This document shows, one piece after another, positions 34,566 through 45,327 of a DNA stretch of 64,000 bases. Position numbers and translations under genes: made by a program. Every line of letters starts with the position of its first letter. Positions within the stretch are counted from its first letter, which is position 1. Origin of the DNA: Salpingoeca rosetta. Its lineage: Eukaryota > Protista > Choanoflagellata. The stretch spans positions 746,186 through 810,185 of the forward strand of contig JAWQFM010000030.1 of the NCBI GenBank assembly GCA_033442325.1. The letters are read 5' to 3'. A model generated the notes under the pieces. That model saw only the letters and a program-made list of their open reading frames with translations. It was not told the DNA's origin and searched no databases.

Positions 34566-35604
34566 CAATGCCGTCAATCTGCCTGCGAAGCCGCTTGATC
34601 TTGTTGAGGATGAGTTTGCGCTTCTGTCGAAGCTTCTTTCGTGCACTCAGGGATTTGAAATGTGGTCGGGTCCGCTGAAGGAGGTCCTGTACAGCAAATG
34701 GATTTCGCTGAGGGCTCAGGGCAGATTCGCTGTTGCCGAAGTTCAGCTGCAGGGCATATGTGACTGTGCTTGCTGTTGTGAGCTCTGTCCGGTCCAGTGG
34801 TAAATCACGCGATTCGTATGATGGGACCGCACATCTGCGCACGCTATCACCGTCCACGCTGTGAGCCTGCACGGCAAGGTATTCCAGGAGCTTCCTGTGC
34901 GTGACGCGGTACCCGTTTCCCCAGTCGCCAGTGGATGATAACAATTTGGCCATCGCAAACGTGGACATGGTGTGGAACCCAATCTGAAGCATGTGTGGTG
35001 ATCCAAACTGGAACTGAAGGGACACTGCCGCTCGCTTATTGAATAGAGGGACCCAGTTGGCACCTTCGAAGGTAACGCGCTTCTCCCAGTTGTTCTCAAA
35101 CTCGAGAACCACAGGGTTGATGGCGTCGTTGAAGTTGTCAATCGTGTACGGCCACCAGTCCACACCACAGGCGTGTTTGATGATAATGTTGGCCACCCTC
35201 TTGTTCAAGTAAGGCGGATCCTTGAACAGGAAACCCGGATCTCCCGGTCCTGTGAAGATGCATGTCTTGAGGCTGATGAGAAAGTTGTAATTGTTCAGCG
35301 AACGGCCAAAGTCCTTGCGGCGAAGACAAGGCACGACTCGTTGCCGCTTTTGAAGTTCGCGAAAGAGTGTCTGAACCTCTCGCTTCAGACGAATGCATGA
35401 TTTGTGGTGCTCCATTGCAACTTGAGCTGTTTCTTCATCTTCTGGATATTCACCAGCTGCAATGAGGTCCTTCACCACATTCACCTCGTGTTGTAGCTTT
35501 GTGAAGCGTTCCTGCACGGTGTCCAATGCAGCATCAATATCTCTTAGATCGCTCGAAACAGAATCGCGCCTCAGTGTTGGCGGTGGTGAGCTCTGGCATG
35601 TCAT
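34543..35604 (-). CDS. Viral hypothetical protein with N- and C-terminal coiled coils
   Basis: ORF of about 353 aa in a compact gene array; no motif recognised. Confidence 0.65.
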   Translation of the reverse strand: MTCQSSPPPTLRRDSVSSDLRDIDAALDTVQERFTKLQHEVNVVKDLIAAGEYPEDEETAQVAMEHHKSCIRLKREVQTLFRELQKRQRVVPCLRRKDFGRSLNNYNFLISLKTCIFTGPGDPGFLFKDPPYLNKRVANIIIKHACGVDWWPYTIDNFNDAINPVVLEFENNWEKRVTFEGANWVPLFNKRAAVSLQFQFGSPHMLQIGFHTMSTFAMAKLLSSTGDWGNGYRVTHRKLLEYLAVQAHSVDGDSVRRCAVPSYESRDLPLDRTELTTASTVTYALQLNFGNSESALSPQRNPFAVQDLLQRTRPHFKSLSARKKLRQKRKLILNKIKRLRRQIDGIDEQDSAQ

Positions 35605-35839
35605 GGTTGGTTTTGGATTGGTCTGCTTGGGTGTAGGTGGAACAGGTGTAAATGACACGTGCGTATTCATCAGTGTGACAGGTATGAGTAAAATAACAAA
35701 TGTGTATTGAGCAGCGATCCAGGTCAAATGTAAATGAAACCATCAAGCATGCTTTTTGGCGCCATTCTGGTATGACCACGCTGAGCATCTGGACATTTGG
35801 CGTGAACATCATTTTCTCGATTGACGCAAACCGCTAGAC

Positions 35840-38236
35840 ATGGCGCACCAACCACTAAGAAAACGATCCAAACATGGTGGCAGGGATGCTGATGCTGCAC
35901 AACTCCCTGCTCCTCCCACGTTTGCAAGCAGCATACGTTCCGCACAACCACAGACAGTCTATGTGGAATGCAATCGTGTCCAATCAGCCAAGGACCTGTT
36001 GGATCCAACGACACGGCTGAACGAGGTCACTATGGAGATGAAGGAAAAGCTACCCATCCGTGCGGGAACCGCTGTTCAGGCAACGCAGGTCACTGCAAAC
36101 AGTCGCGGGTCGGGCGATGTCATCGAGGTCGTCAGGAACATGTCGGTCACAATGCGCATTGGCTACTACGTTGTGCACAAGCCAGTCAATGGCAGCCTCG
36201 TCTACAGCACAGCGCGCTGCTTAAACGGCTTTGAGGGAGGCGGTGTTACCTTCGCCAGAAGCAAGACACACTGCGTACATGTGCAGACGCCAGCAGACAC
36301 GGACCTGGGCTCTAGCACACCCATCTACCTGACCACTCCAGCAGCCAACGTCAGTGGCACTCCACCCGACACAAATGATGGCGGGTCCTTCTACGTCCCG
36401 CTGTTCAGTCAGACCACAGCCAGCCTTGGGTGTGCCAAGCTGCTTCCGCTCATGAATACGCAGCTGGTCAACGGCGAAGCACCAAGCGGGCAGAAGGTGA
36501 TCGGCTACGAGTTTGGCACGGACGGTGTTGGGATTGTGGGAGCAGCGCACAGCAGCGATGACACGCTCATTGCGCCCTACTTCAAGAAGGTCACCCTCAC
36601 CTTGCCCAAGGGTAACTACAGCCCGACAGATATCACATCCATTCTCAATCGCCAACTCAGCAAGGCGAATCCTGTTGTCGTGGAGGACCCGGAGCAACCA
36701 GGCACCACCAGCCACCACCTCACATACCCATATCACACGAGCCTCCGCACCGTGTACCGAGGCACGATGCAGTGCTTCACAGATGAGATTCCGGCCTCTG
36801 TCTCTTCTGTCTATGGGATTTCCAGGGACCCAAACAATGCAGAGGGCAAACCTTTACCAATCAAGCATTGGTATCTTGAGGACACCTTCTCAGCAGGAGG
36901 TACACCGTACCCGTACAGCGATTATGGTGCCAAGTTTATTCAGAAGCCCGTTCGACTGGACAAGGACCACAGCTACTTCATCCCTTGCATCCTCGGCGGA
37001 CTAACGCCCGCTTTCTCCTTCGACACGAACAACAGCCGGTTCACCCTCACGGGACTGCACCAGTCCTTTTCCGAGTCGGACTTTGAGGAGATTGCATACC
37101 CAGACTCCCAGGTGATAGAGTCAAACGGGGTGGAGAAGACAAACAGAATCAGCATTGCTGCACAGGCAGCGCTCGGCGTGGACTACACGCGCGCCAATGG
37201 CGCCTTTGAGAAGCAGGACTACGCCAAGCCAACCCAGGCCGATGGCACAGATGCCATGTGCGTTGTTGGCATGGTAGACCCGAGCATGCCAAAGGCAGGT
37301 GCCATCACCCACTGGAATGGCTGCTTCATCCTCAGCTGGTATGAGAACGAGGAGGAACTCGAGTTCTGGAACGTGCTCGGATTCAGCAACAGCGACGTGG
37401 TGGGGAAAGGCCCGCAGCCAAGTTCACACGCCCCTATCGATGGCACCTACCACTACTACACAGCAAAGGACCTGTTTGATCAGTGCAAGCAGGCGCGAAC
37501 AGACGAACGCATCGACGATGCGCTCTTTGCTGGCAGATACCCCAACACGCTTGGCAATACCATCTATGAGCCGCCATTCCAGCAGACGTTCTCGCTGCAA
37601 CGGGCATTGAGCGATACGCATAACACTGCACCCTCGGGTACAAACCCACCAATTCCCATGTACCGCGGCGACCCTGACGATGACCCTTCCAATTGGTCCA
37701 CCATCACCCTCCAGTCCTACGAGCACTTGTTCAACATGCTTGTGAGCAGCTACTACTGGTGGTTCGCGCCGCCTTTTTTCAAAAAGCAGGGCAGCGCGGA
37801 AAAGTTTGATCCTATGGCAGCCAACGTACCGAGCGCCACGAACACGCGCTTTGTTGTGAGCACAAAGCATGAGCCTATTCGCGCATCCAGCCTTCCTCGC
37901 AAGCTGCAGTTCCCAGACATGCTACTTGTCTCGGATTTGCCCATCTACCCATCGCAGCGCCACTTTCTCAGCTCTGGGCAGCCATGCAACGTTCTGGCAA
38001 CCCTGAGCAAGACCTATGACACAGGTGATTACTTCACCAGCAACTCCCCTGGACCGCAGTTTACCATCAACGAGGAAACGTCCCTGTCTCATTTACATTT
38101 GAGCCTGATCAACCCCGACGGATCCATACCACAGAACCTGAATGGTTCCATTTTCATCCGTCTACGCTTTGTTATCCCACCACCAAGTACGCCTACGACT
38201 CAGCAACAGCAAGCAGAGCAACAAGATCAGTCATGA
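35840..38236 (+). CDS. Minor capsid (penton)-like protein 2 with a large internal insertion
   Basis: N-terminal TVYVECNR..LPIRAGTAVQ, internal TLTLPKGNYSPTDITSILN, and C-terminal LLVSDLP..NVLATLSK..FTINEETSLSHLHLSLINPDGS..IFIRLRF; the pattern parallels the first penton-like ORF. Confidence 0.6.
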   Translation: MAHQPLRKRSKHGGRDADAAQLPAPPTFASSIRSAQPQTVYVECNRVQSAKDLLDPTTRLNEVTMEMKEKLPIRAGTAVQATQVTANSRGSGDVIEVVRNMSVTMRIGYYVVHKPVNGSLVYSTARCLNGFEGGGVTFARSKTHCVHVQTPADTDLGSSTPIYLTTPAANVSGTPPDTNDGGSFYVPLFSQTTASLGCAKLLPLMNTQLVNGEAPSGQKVIGYEFGTDGVGIVGAAHSSDDTLIAPYFKKVTLTLPKGNYSPTDITSILNRQLSKANPVVVEDPEQPGTTSHHLTYPYHTSLRTVYRGTMQCFTDEIPASVSSVYGISRDPNNAEGKPLPIKHWYLEDTFSAGGTPYPYSDYGAKFIQKPVRLDKDHSYFIPCILGGLTPAFSFDTNNSRFTLTGLHQSFSESDFEEIAYPDSQVIESNGVEKTNRISIAAQAALGVDYTRANGAFEKQDYAKPTQADGTDAMCVVGMVDPSMPKAGAITHWNGCFILSWYENEEELEFWNVLGFSNSDVVGKGPQPSSHAPIDGTYHYYTAKDLFDQCKQARTDERIDDALFAGRYPNTLGNTIYEPPFQQTFSLQRALSDTHNTAPSGTNPPIPMYRGDPDDDPSNWSTITLQSYEHLFNMLVSSYYWWFAPPFFKKQGSAEKFDPMAANVPSATNTRFVVSTKHEPIRASSLPRKLQFPDMLLVSDLPIYPSQRHFLSSGQPCNVLATLSKTYDTGDYFTSNSPGPQFTINEETSLSHLHLSLINPDGSIPQNLNGSIFIRLRFVIPPPSTPTTQQQQAEQQDQS

Positions 38237-38802
38237 CAGATGCCAGCGATCCCGCGCCAAAACGTTGCAGATCCATGCACACGCAACTGACATGGTTTGA
38301 TGCTGAGCACATCCAGGCAGCAGAGCTCTTGGAAAAGCTGCAGGAAGAGCGGGGCGGTCAGCTCGAACTGGAATGGCGCAGTTCTGGCGCCAGAGAATGT
38401 ACTGTCACAGTGCATCTTCGACGTGGAGACGCAGTGCCAAAGCTGCATCGCAGCGAGCTCCGTGGCAGTGCAACGGGAATTCAGGGCTGCGTTGAAGTCA
38501 AGTGGAACAACCAGACATACTACTGCGGGCGTGGCACAACGACCACGCTCACGGACAGGGACGACGTTGTGTTTCAGTTTGCTTCCCTACCAATCCACGA
38601 CATTGCACACAATGCCATGTCTGCTGTTGTTCTCATTGCTCAGAACATGGAGGTGGAGGTGTGTGTGTATGACTTTGAGCGACATGCTCCTGAGTCTTTT
38701 GTGCTTGCACGTCGTTGCCTTTGCGTGGCTGCCCTCTTCCGTACACCGCGTCGGTTCATGGGGGATGCTGTGCATCCACTTGACAACGACGACGAGTGGA
38801 CA

Positions 38803-38834
<32 letters not shown>

Positions 38835-38973
38835 CATGCAGATCACTCGCCAATCCAGCATGTGCTTTGAGGAAGACAATGTCGTGTTTGAAGAGTCGAT
38901 TCATGATGTCGACGGATTTGTGTTTTCCTTTAATGTACGCGCAAATCCAACACACATGTGCACACAAGAGTAG
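38233..38973 (+). CDS. Viral hypothetical protein with a poly-Asp tract
   Basis: 246-aa ORF overlapping the upstream stop (ATGA). Confidence 0.65.
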
Positions 38974-38980
38974 ATGGTCA

Positions 38981-40528
38981 TCAGAGAACACGTGAACGAG
39001 AAGAAGCAAGGATGAGAGACTCGGCACGTCCAATCCACACCACAACCTGGTTCTCAAAGCTGGCACCACCCGTGTTTGAGGGTGGCGCACGCGCCTTGTG
39101 CCGAACCAGAATGGGCTGTCGCGAGATGTTGGACTCAAGAATGAACGGTACACCCACTGGTGAGAACAGTCCCATCCACCGACCATTCTTGCCCTCTGTG
39201 GAGCTACTCGATGCTGTGCCATCATGGGTCTTGCCATCGTAGATGATGCTGGGAATGTAGTAGTTGTCCATGAGGCGTGATGTTTGAAGCTGAAGGTCAA
39301 CGCCGTCGTACAGCTGCTTCTCAAAGTAGTTGACGTTGTTGATGTTGAGATTGAGCTCCGCAAAGGGTGGGGCGAGCTCGTAAGCCCCAAGCCGGTTGTT
39401 GCCAGAGGCTGCTGAGGACGACTTGCGCCGCATGAAGAGAAGCTCAGAGAGGATGCTGTTGTCTGCACGAATTGGTACATCCTTGGTCGAGGAATCGTTG
39501 CTGGCGGAGATGGGAAGCTGCTTGGCAATGTACTGCGTGTACATGTACCTGCTTGAACCACTCATCACCTGCTGATTCACAGCGTCCAGAATGGGCTTGG
39601 GGAGTGTCAGGAAGTCGCACATGAGAAATGGGTCCTCAATCGAGTAGGACGCAATGTTTGCGTAGGACACGAGGCTCTTCTTCACGGCGGCGCTTGGATC
39701 GCTCGGTACGCGGGCGGCGGTTTGTGCGAGTGTGCCACCAACCGTGAGCAGGGAAGCCGCGTCCTGGTTCAGCACGAGCTCAATGCTCAGCTGTTCCGCG
39801 GCCATGGCAGGGTAGCGGCGAATGCTGTTGAACAGGGACGGGCACAGGGACATCATCGGGATGGTGACATGCGACTGCACACTGCGTCCAAAGGGCTGGT
39901 AGACGTACTCCATCTTCCTGAGCCAGGTCGTGTTGCTGCCGCTGTCGGTGCCGGATGTGCGGCCATGTGGTGCCGCTGCAAAGTTCTCCATGGCAAACGG
40001 GTTGGAGCCGAGCGTAACCTTGCCATAGCAGTCTGCAGAGTAGGCTGTGCCGCTCAGGTCCAGGTAGCTTCGCACAAACTGTTGCTGGTTAATGGTCAGC
40101 TCAGGATAGTGTGTCGCCATCCACCATGCAAAGTAGTCGATGCGCTGAACCTCCTGCTGCCCAATGCGTACAATGATGCTGTCAATGACACCTGCGCCAC
40201 CAACAAGGGCTGGGAAGGCCTGGCTCCAAAAGTCCTTGGACTGGTTGCTGGGTAGGGTCACGTTGATTTGGAAGGCGAGGTAGCTGCCCTCAATATCCAG
40301 GATGGATGTGCGTGGGACGCGGAACAGGATCCTGCGGCTTGTCTGCGTCTCTGCGCTGATAATCTGAGAGTCCGCGTAGACGGCGTCATTGGAGTTGATC
40401 ATGGGTGGGGCCAGGCGATCGTGGATGCCCATGCCATCATCTGTGGCATCCTGCGCTGGCTCCTGCTCCGTCACCACGTCATCGACCGGCTCCACAGCCA
40501 GTCCCGTCGTTGTAGTGTCGTCGCTCAT
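38981..40528 (-). CDS. Major capsid protein-like (double jelly-roll) paralog C
   Basis: ILFRVPRTSILDIEGSYLAFQINV..GGAGVIDSIIVRIGQQEVQRID..LSIELVLN matches the N-terminal pattern of PLV/virophage MCPs. Confidence 0.7.
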   Translation of the reverse strand: MSDDTTTTGLAVEPVDDVVTEQEPAQDATDDGMGIHDRLAPPMINSNDAVYADSQIISAETQTSRRILFRVPRTSILDIEGSYLAFQINVTLPSNQSKDFWSQAFPALVGGAGVIDSIIVRIGQQEVQRIDYFAWWMATHYPELTINQQQFVRSYLDLSGTAYSADCYGKVTLGSNPFAMENFAAAPHGRTSGTDSGSNTTWLRKMEYVYQPFGRSVQSHVTIPMMSLCPSLFNSIRRYPAMAAEQLSIELVLNQDAASLLTVGGTLAQTAARVPSDPSAAVKKSLVSYANIASYSIEDPFLMCDFLTLPKPILDAVNQQVMSGSSRYMYTQYIAKQLPISASNDSSTKDVPIRADNSILSELLFMRRKSSSAASGNNRLGAYELAPPFAELNLNINNVNYFEKQLYDGVDLQLQTSRLMDNYYIPSIIYDGKTHDGTASSSSTEGKNGRWMGLFSPVGVPFILESNISRQPILVRHKARAPPSNTGGASFENQVVVWIGRAESLILASSRSRVL

Positions 40529-40624
40529 CTCGTTCTCTTGCTTCTCGCTCTTTTGTGAACGTGGCTTTGCTTCTTTTAGGTGTTGAGGAAAATGCATGCT
40601 TGTTGCTTTATTACTTGAGCACAC

Positions 40625-42010
40625 TCAGAGCACTGCAGAACGAACAAAGCCATCAGCTGTAGGTGTGACGGCACGCGTGCCAAGGAAGAACACATGCATG
40701 ATGGCAGGCTCGGTAGGTGTTGTGAACGCAGTCTTGTAGGATCCAGTCGCAATGGGGGCTCCCGTGTAAGCCGGCGTGGACGTGGAGGTGTCGCTCAGAT
40801 AGAAGTCAATCTGTGGGCGGTTCGTGCTGTTCATGTTCGGTCCCGAGGTGTACGTGTCAATCGGGAGACCAAAGATCCCAACGCGCTGATCGATGGTCGT
40901 GCTCGCTGCAACAATCTCCCACGGACCAAGTGCTTCAAACCCAGCCATCTTCAACTGAATCGGGCTGATTTGATCAAAGTAGGACACACGCTCGCCGTTG
41001 ATCATGAACTGCCCGCGGTCCAGGCTGAAGTTGTCCAGTGATTGTGGATCCGTCTTACCCTGTGTCCTGCCCATGCTCAGGAAGTTGAAGAGCACCGTAT
41101 TGACTGCGGGTAAGCCTGGCGCAAAGCTTGTGCTGTTGAAGCTGTTGTTGATGCTGGTCATGGAGTCTGAGAAGGACTGGTAAACCTGAGTACCATCCGG
41201 TGCCATGCCACGCATGAGGGCGGCAGATGGCACGGCATTGCCCGGTGCACTCAGATCCATGTTGGCGGGTGGTGCCATGTACACGAGCGTGTACTCCAGG
41301 GTGACATCGGAAATCTCAAAGTTGACGTTGCTGATGCTCTGCTCAGCTGTAATGGCGGTGCTGGCGTTTGGTGCAAACAGGAAGAGCGCGTTGTTGTTCA
41401 GCTCCAGCTGCACGCGAATGCCGCCATGAATTCGAAGACCGAGGTCTTGCTGCCCTTTGCTGATGCCCGTCTCCAGTTGAAAGCAGAAGCGTCGCTCGTT
41501 CAGGTTGTTGATCTCATTCACATAGATCAGGCTGTCATTGGTCTGCTTGCCCGTCACCTTTGTTGGGTCCGCAAGTACACCGAGCATGCCCGCTTCAGCT
41601 TGGCGCTGGCTGCAGATGGCATTGCTGCTGCTCGTTGCGTTGAGAAGGTGCGTGGCCAGTCGCGGGTAGTTCTGCACCCGCTCGAGGACCTGGTTGCTCC
41701 CTGTTGTCACGACCACGCTCTTGATCATTCCGTGAAGACCACAGCTTGGGGAGAGAAACACGTCCTCGTAAGAGTTGCCGCCAGCGGGACCCGTGCCGTA
41801 GCTGCACTTGATCTTGCCACGCAGGCGAAAGCCGTACTCAGCAGAGACAAATCCATCTGTGTCTGGAAGCACAAAGTCCAGCTGGTAGATGCTCTTGTTC
41901 GCAGAGTAGGAGCCACCATCGCCGTTTGCCGGGGAGAGGAATACCTGCTGTGCCTGCCGCCCGCCCGGGGTGAGTTGTGTCGTGCCCTGCATCATACCTC
42001 GGCGCGACAT
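40625..42010 (-). CDS. Major capsid protein-like paralog B
   Basis: QLDFVLPDTDGFV..FRLRGKI..GLHGMIKSVVVTTGSNQVLERVQNYPRL..GGIRVQLELN..FEISDVTLEY. Confidence 0.7.
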   Translation of the reverse strand: MSRRGMMQGTTQLTPGGRQAQQVFLSPANGDGGSYSANKSIYQLDFVLPDTDGFVSAEYGFRLRGKIKCSYGTGPAGGNSYEDVFLSPSCGLHGMIKSVVVTTGSNQVLERVQNYPRLATHLLNATSSSNAICSQRQAEAGMLGVLADPTKVTGKQTNDSLIYVNEINNLNERRFCFQLETGISKGQQDLGLRIHGGIRVQLELNNNALFLFAPNASTAITAEQSISNVNFEISDVTLEYTLVYMAPPANMDLSAPGNAVPSAALMRGMAPDGTQVYQSFSDSMTSINNSFNSTSFAPGLPAVNTVLFNFLSMGRTQGKTDPQSLDNFSLDRGQFMINGERVSYFDQISPIQLKMAGFEALGPWEIVAASTTIDQRVGIFGLPIDTYTSGPNMNSTNRPQIDFYLSDTSTSTPAYTGAPIATGSYKTAFTTPTEPAIMHVFFLGTRAVTPTADGFVRSAVL

Positions 42011-42101
42011 GGTTGCTGGTTGCGATTGCAGTCTCTTTTTCTCTTTGTCTATGTTACTCACTCAATGTGGGGATAGGGAAAATGAATTTATTACACACGA
42101 C

Positions 42102-44162
42102 TCACTCAGAGACAACGACGCCAGCAGCGTTGCTCACAGTGACACGACGCTGGTGGGCACAGAAGCAGTGCATGATGAAGGACTCGGGAGTGACCTTTGT
42201 GAAACGCACGCGCAGATTCGGGTTGGCTGTGAGCAGGTCTGCAAAGCCACCATGAGCGGAAAGGCGACGTGGGATCACAAGCATGCTGGATTGGTTGCGC
42301 AGATCCTTGACGGGGAGGCCAATGTTGGCCAAGGCCTTTGCTTGCTCCTGTGCGTTGACACCTGCAGTTGCCAGTAGGCCTTGCGGGCACTTGCTCAGGG
42401 ACTCCACAGACACTGGGTGACTCGGCTGCTGGCGTTGATTGATTTGCCACTGCCACTCCTTGAAGCCATGCTCGGACCCGCCACCTTTGGAGGTCACTCG
42501 GTACGAGAGATCCTTGGGATCCGCAGTGTCAATCGGGGTCTTGAGGATGTCTGCAAACTTGACAGAGTTGAGCCACAGCGACTGGTTGTACTCTGGAATT
42601 GCAAACAGGGAAAACGCCCTTCGCTGCGTGAAGCTTGGGAGGTTGATGGTGTAGTCATTGACACCTGCTGGGATGGGCTGCGCCACATGCGTGTAGGTCA
42701 TGATGTCAAAGAAGGTTCCGTCGGCGCTCTGCATGGCCTCCTGCATCGCAGCCTCCATGTCCAGGCTGGGGGTGACGGTGCGGAAGCGGAAGTTGATCCG
42801 CTGTATCTCGTAGCTGAAGCTGTCCGTCTTGGTGTCCCAGCCTGCCTGTTCATGGCGACGGAACCAGTTGTCTGCATTGGCCAGGTGCCAGCGCATGCGA
42901 AGACCACCGAGGTGGTTCACGTAGATGGTGTTGCCCTGCGGATGCATGAACATTGCAGAAGGAATCTCGTGCATGACAGGGACAGTGCAGCTGTAGCTGA
43001 TGTTGGTGATGGGTCGAATCACATAGTAGGTGCCTGCGCTCTTGTCCAGCTCCGACGATGATGCGGTTGTGAAAGCCTTGTCAAGGCCATCAGCGTAGGG
43101 GCCATAGACAGTCTTGGTTCCGTCCTTGAGAATCAGGCCAAAGATTTTGTTAGTCCCGGATGCTGGAGAATCACCCGCTCGCACATCGGTTGCGAGTCCG
43201 CAGTATCCAACAAGCTTGCGGTCGCTCGACTTGGCGGGCTTGGTTCCGCTTGCAGAGCTGGGATCGTCGGTGCCCTGTGGCTGCACGGACCAGACCTCAA
43301 ACACATTGCCGACAGCGTAGAGGTAGGGCTTGATGTTGGAAGGCAGGTTGGCGTATGCACTGCCGCTGTTGACGCTGCTATGCACAAACTGGAAGAAGCC
43401 GTTCTTTGGCGAGCTGCCGTCCTCAACAAACTTGAGAAAGTTCTTGTAGTTGCACCAGGAATCCTCGAGCGGATCACGGTCAATGGTGAGCGCGGTAATG
43501 GGGGAGGCTGGGTTGAGAAGACCTTTCATGATGGCTGCATCCTCAATGTTGCTTCGGCTGGGCTGGTAGAGCTCGCGGTGTGCTGGCTTGACGAGGCCAA
43601 ACTCGTTCACGTCGACGGTGGCAGATGTGAACAGGCTGTCGTTCTGCTTGGCAATGGGGTCCTTGCAGTAGAGGTGCTTCATCGTGTTGATGAGGTCCAG
43701 GCGCTGGGTTTCCTCAATGACCTGTCCCGTGTCCGTTCGTGTGACAATCTCGTCGAAGAGGGTGACGGCACCAGCTGGATTTGGCAGACGCAGAGAGGAG
43801 CAGAAGTTGAGCCCCGCTTGGTTGGCATTGACAAAGGCGGTGTCGTTCTTGAGGTTGCTTGTGCCCGTTGTGGCTGCCATCTCACAGCCGTATTGAAGAT
43901 CCATCATGACAGCGGTTGTCTTCTTGTCTGGGGATGTAGCAACAGTCTTTCCGTTGGCACTGGAGCTGAGCACAAGGTCGTACTCCATCTTGCTGTAGGC
44001 AGGGTCAACAGCTGGTGTACTCGAACCGCTGAGGTGCAGGTCAAGATACTGACCCGGCTTGTAGGTGTCATGATCGGCTGGTGTAGTGACTGTGGCATTG
44101 CTCACGGGTGTGAGGCTGGCCACGGTGCTATCCCACAGACTCTCGTTCTCAACTGGCTCCAT
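42102..44162 (-). CDS. Major capsid protein-like paralog A with an internal insertion
   Basis: YKPGQYLDLHL..VDPAYSKMEYDLVL..GAVTLFDEIVTRTDTGQVIEETQRLD..GGLRMRWHLA..YEIQRINFRF. Confidence 0.65.
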   Translation of the reverse strand: MEPVENESLWDSTVASLTPVSNATVTTPADHDTYKPGQYLDLHLSGSSTPAVDPAYSKMEYDLVLSSSANGKTVATSPDKKTTAVMMDLQYGCEMAATTGTSNLKNDTAFVNANQAGLNFCSSLRLPNPAGAVTLFDEIVTRTDTGQVIEETQRLDLINTMKHLYCKDPIAKQNDSLFTSATVDVNEFGLVKPAHRELYQPSRSNIEDAAIMKGLLNPASPITALTIDRDPLEDSWCNYKNFLKFVEDGSSPKNGFFQFVHSSVNSGSAYANLPSNIKPYLYAVGNVFEVWSVQPQGTDDPSSASGTKPAKSSDRKLVGYCGLATDVRAGDSPASGTNKIFGLILKDGTKTVYGPYADGLDKAFTTASSSELDKSAGTYYVIRPITNISYSCTVPVMHEIPSAMFMHPQGNTIYVNHLGGLRMRWHLANADNWFRRHEQAGWDTKTDSFSYEIQRINFRFRTVTPSLDMEAAMQEAMQSADGTFFDIMTYTHVAQPIPAGVNDYTINLPSFTQRRAFSLFAIPEYNQSLWLNSVKFADILKTPIDTADPKDLSYRVTSKGGGSEHGFKEWQWQINQRQQPSHPVSVESLSKCPQGLLATAGVNAQEQAKALANIGLPVKDLRNQSSMLVIPRRLSAHGGFADLLTANPNLRVRFTKVTPESFIMHCFCAHQRRVTVSNAAGVVVSE

Positions 44163-44250
44163 ACTGGTGGTAGAACTGCTTTGCCTTGTTTGGTGCTTGT
44201 GGCGGTTTCGTGGACAGAGGTAAAATGAGCATGCGCTGTGTTGTTTACTG

Positions 44251-44496
44251 TCAAAAGTGAACAACAGATGGACCTGAAGCAGATGGGCCGCTTGCTACAG
44301 GTGCGACATAGGAACCAGGTTGTGATTCGTGCTTGTGGTGGTGTGGGCGCAATTCATTCCCAAGTTCAAAGATACCAGAGAGCATTGGTCCCAGAACAGG
44401 AATGCCAGCCACAACTTCACCCGTGATTTTCAGGCCACGCCCTGTTTCCTCATCTTGCTTTGTCTCTGGGCCTTTGATAGGTTCGCGGTCAGACAT
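44251..44496 (-). CDS. Small viral protein with an amphipathic/hydrophobic segment
   Basis: 81-aa ORF containing VVAGIPVLGPMLSGIFELG; fits tightly between neighbouring genes. Confidence 0.5.
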   Translation of the reverse strand: MSDREPIKGPETKQDEETGRGLKITGEVVAGIPVLGPMLSGIFELGNELRPHHHKHESQPGSYVAPVASGPSASGPSVVHF

Positions 44497-44507
44497 GACT
44501 GTTGGTT

Positions 44508-45260
44508 CTAGAGTGCTAGAACGGCGCTTGCAAGTTCGCCAAGACCTTCAGCTGCTCCGCTTTCGAGCCCGTCGCCTACTGCTTCCCCAGTCGGCGCCAA
44601 GTCTTGGAGTTCAATGTCGGTTGGGTACTCTGGCTGAACGTCTGCTGCTTGTTGTTCCTGTTCGCCTTCGTCCATGGATGTGGGCTCGTTCTGTGTCTGT
44701 GATAAATCAGACATTTCAATGCTCTCCGGTGGCTCATGCTGAGTGTGGTTTGTGATGGGCTGCTCCATACCGTTTGTCATGCGCTGCCATGTGTTGCGCA
44801 CGCCATCAATGAGAGAGGGGCCGTGCTCGCCGTAGATCTCAGAGGGAATGCTGAATGTAGGGTTCTCTGGATCTCCAATGTCAAAGCCTGTGTTGTCACG
44901 CATGACGTCACGCGCGGATGTGCGCCCGATGTCACTTTGCACGGAATCCAGTGCCTCTCTGCTGTTGCGGAAGGTGGAGGATACGCGATCGCCAATGTAA
45001 TCACCAGCTTTGCGCACGCCCTTGCCGACTGCTCTGAATCCCTTGCCAACCCAGTCTGCAAGCAGTTCTTCCTGTGTCTTTCCAGTCATAGCCTTTGTAA
45101 GCTCATTGGCAAACATGTGCGCAACGGGGTTCTGCTGTTGCTCGATGAGGTTGCCAATGCGCTCCTGCGTGCGTTGCTGTAAGCCAGTTAGGTAGTCGTG
45201 TGTCCTCTGCTGGACCGCCTGCTGGTACAGCTGCGCCTGCTGCTCTGTTGATCGCGACAT
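44508..45260 (-). CDS. Viral hypothetical protein (Gln-rich N-terminus, amphipathic WVGKGFRAVGKGVRKAG helix, acidic tail)
   Basis: ORF of about 250 aa at the head of the capsid gene cluster. Confidence 0.65.
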   Translation of the reverse strand: MSRSTEQQAQLYQQAVQQRTHDYLTGLQQRTQERIGNLIEQQQNPVAHMFANELTKAMTGKTQEELLADWVGKGFRAVGKGVRKAGDYIGDRVSSTFRNSREALDSVQSDIGRTSARDVMRDNTGFDIGDPENPTFSIPSEIYGEHGPSLIDGVRNTWQRMTNGMEQPITNHTQHEPPESIEMSDLSQTQNEPTSMDEGEQEQQAADVQPEYPTDIELQDLAPTGEAVGDGLESGAAEGLGELASAVLAL

Positions 45261-45327
45261 GTTGGTGTGTGCGGTTGGTTGAGAAAAATGTACTGTCGTG
45301 TGCATTTATTTCTGCATGTGAAGAAAG

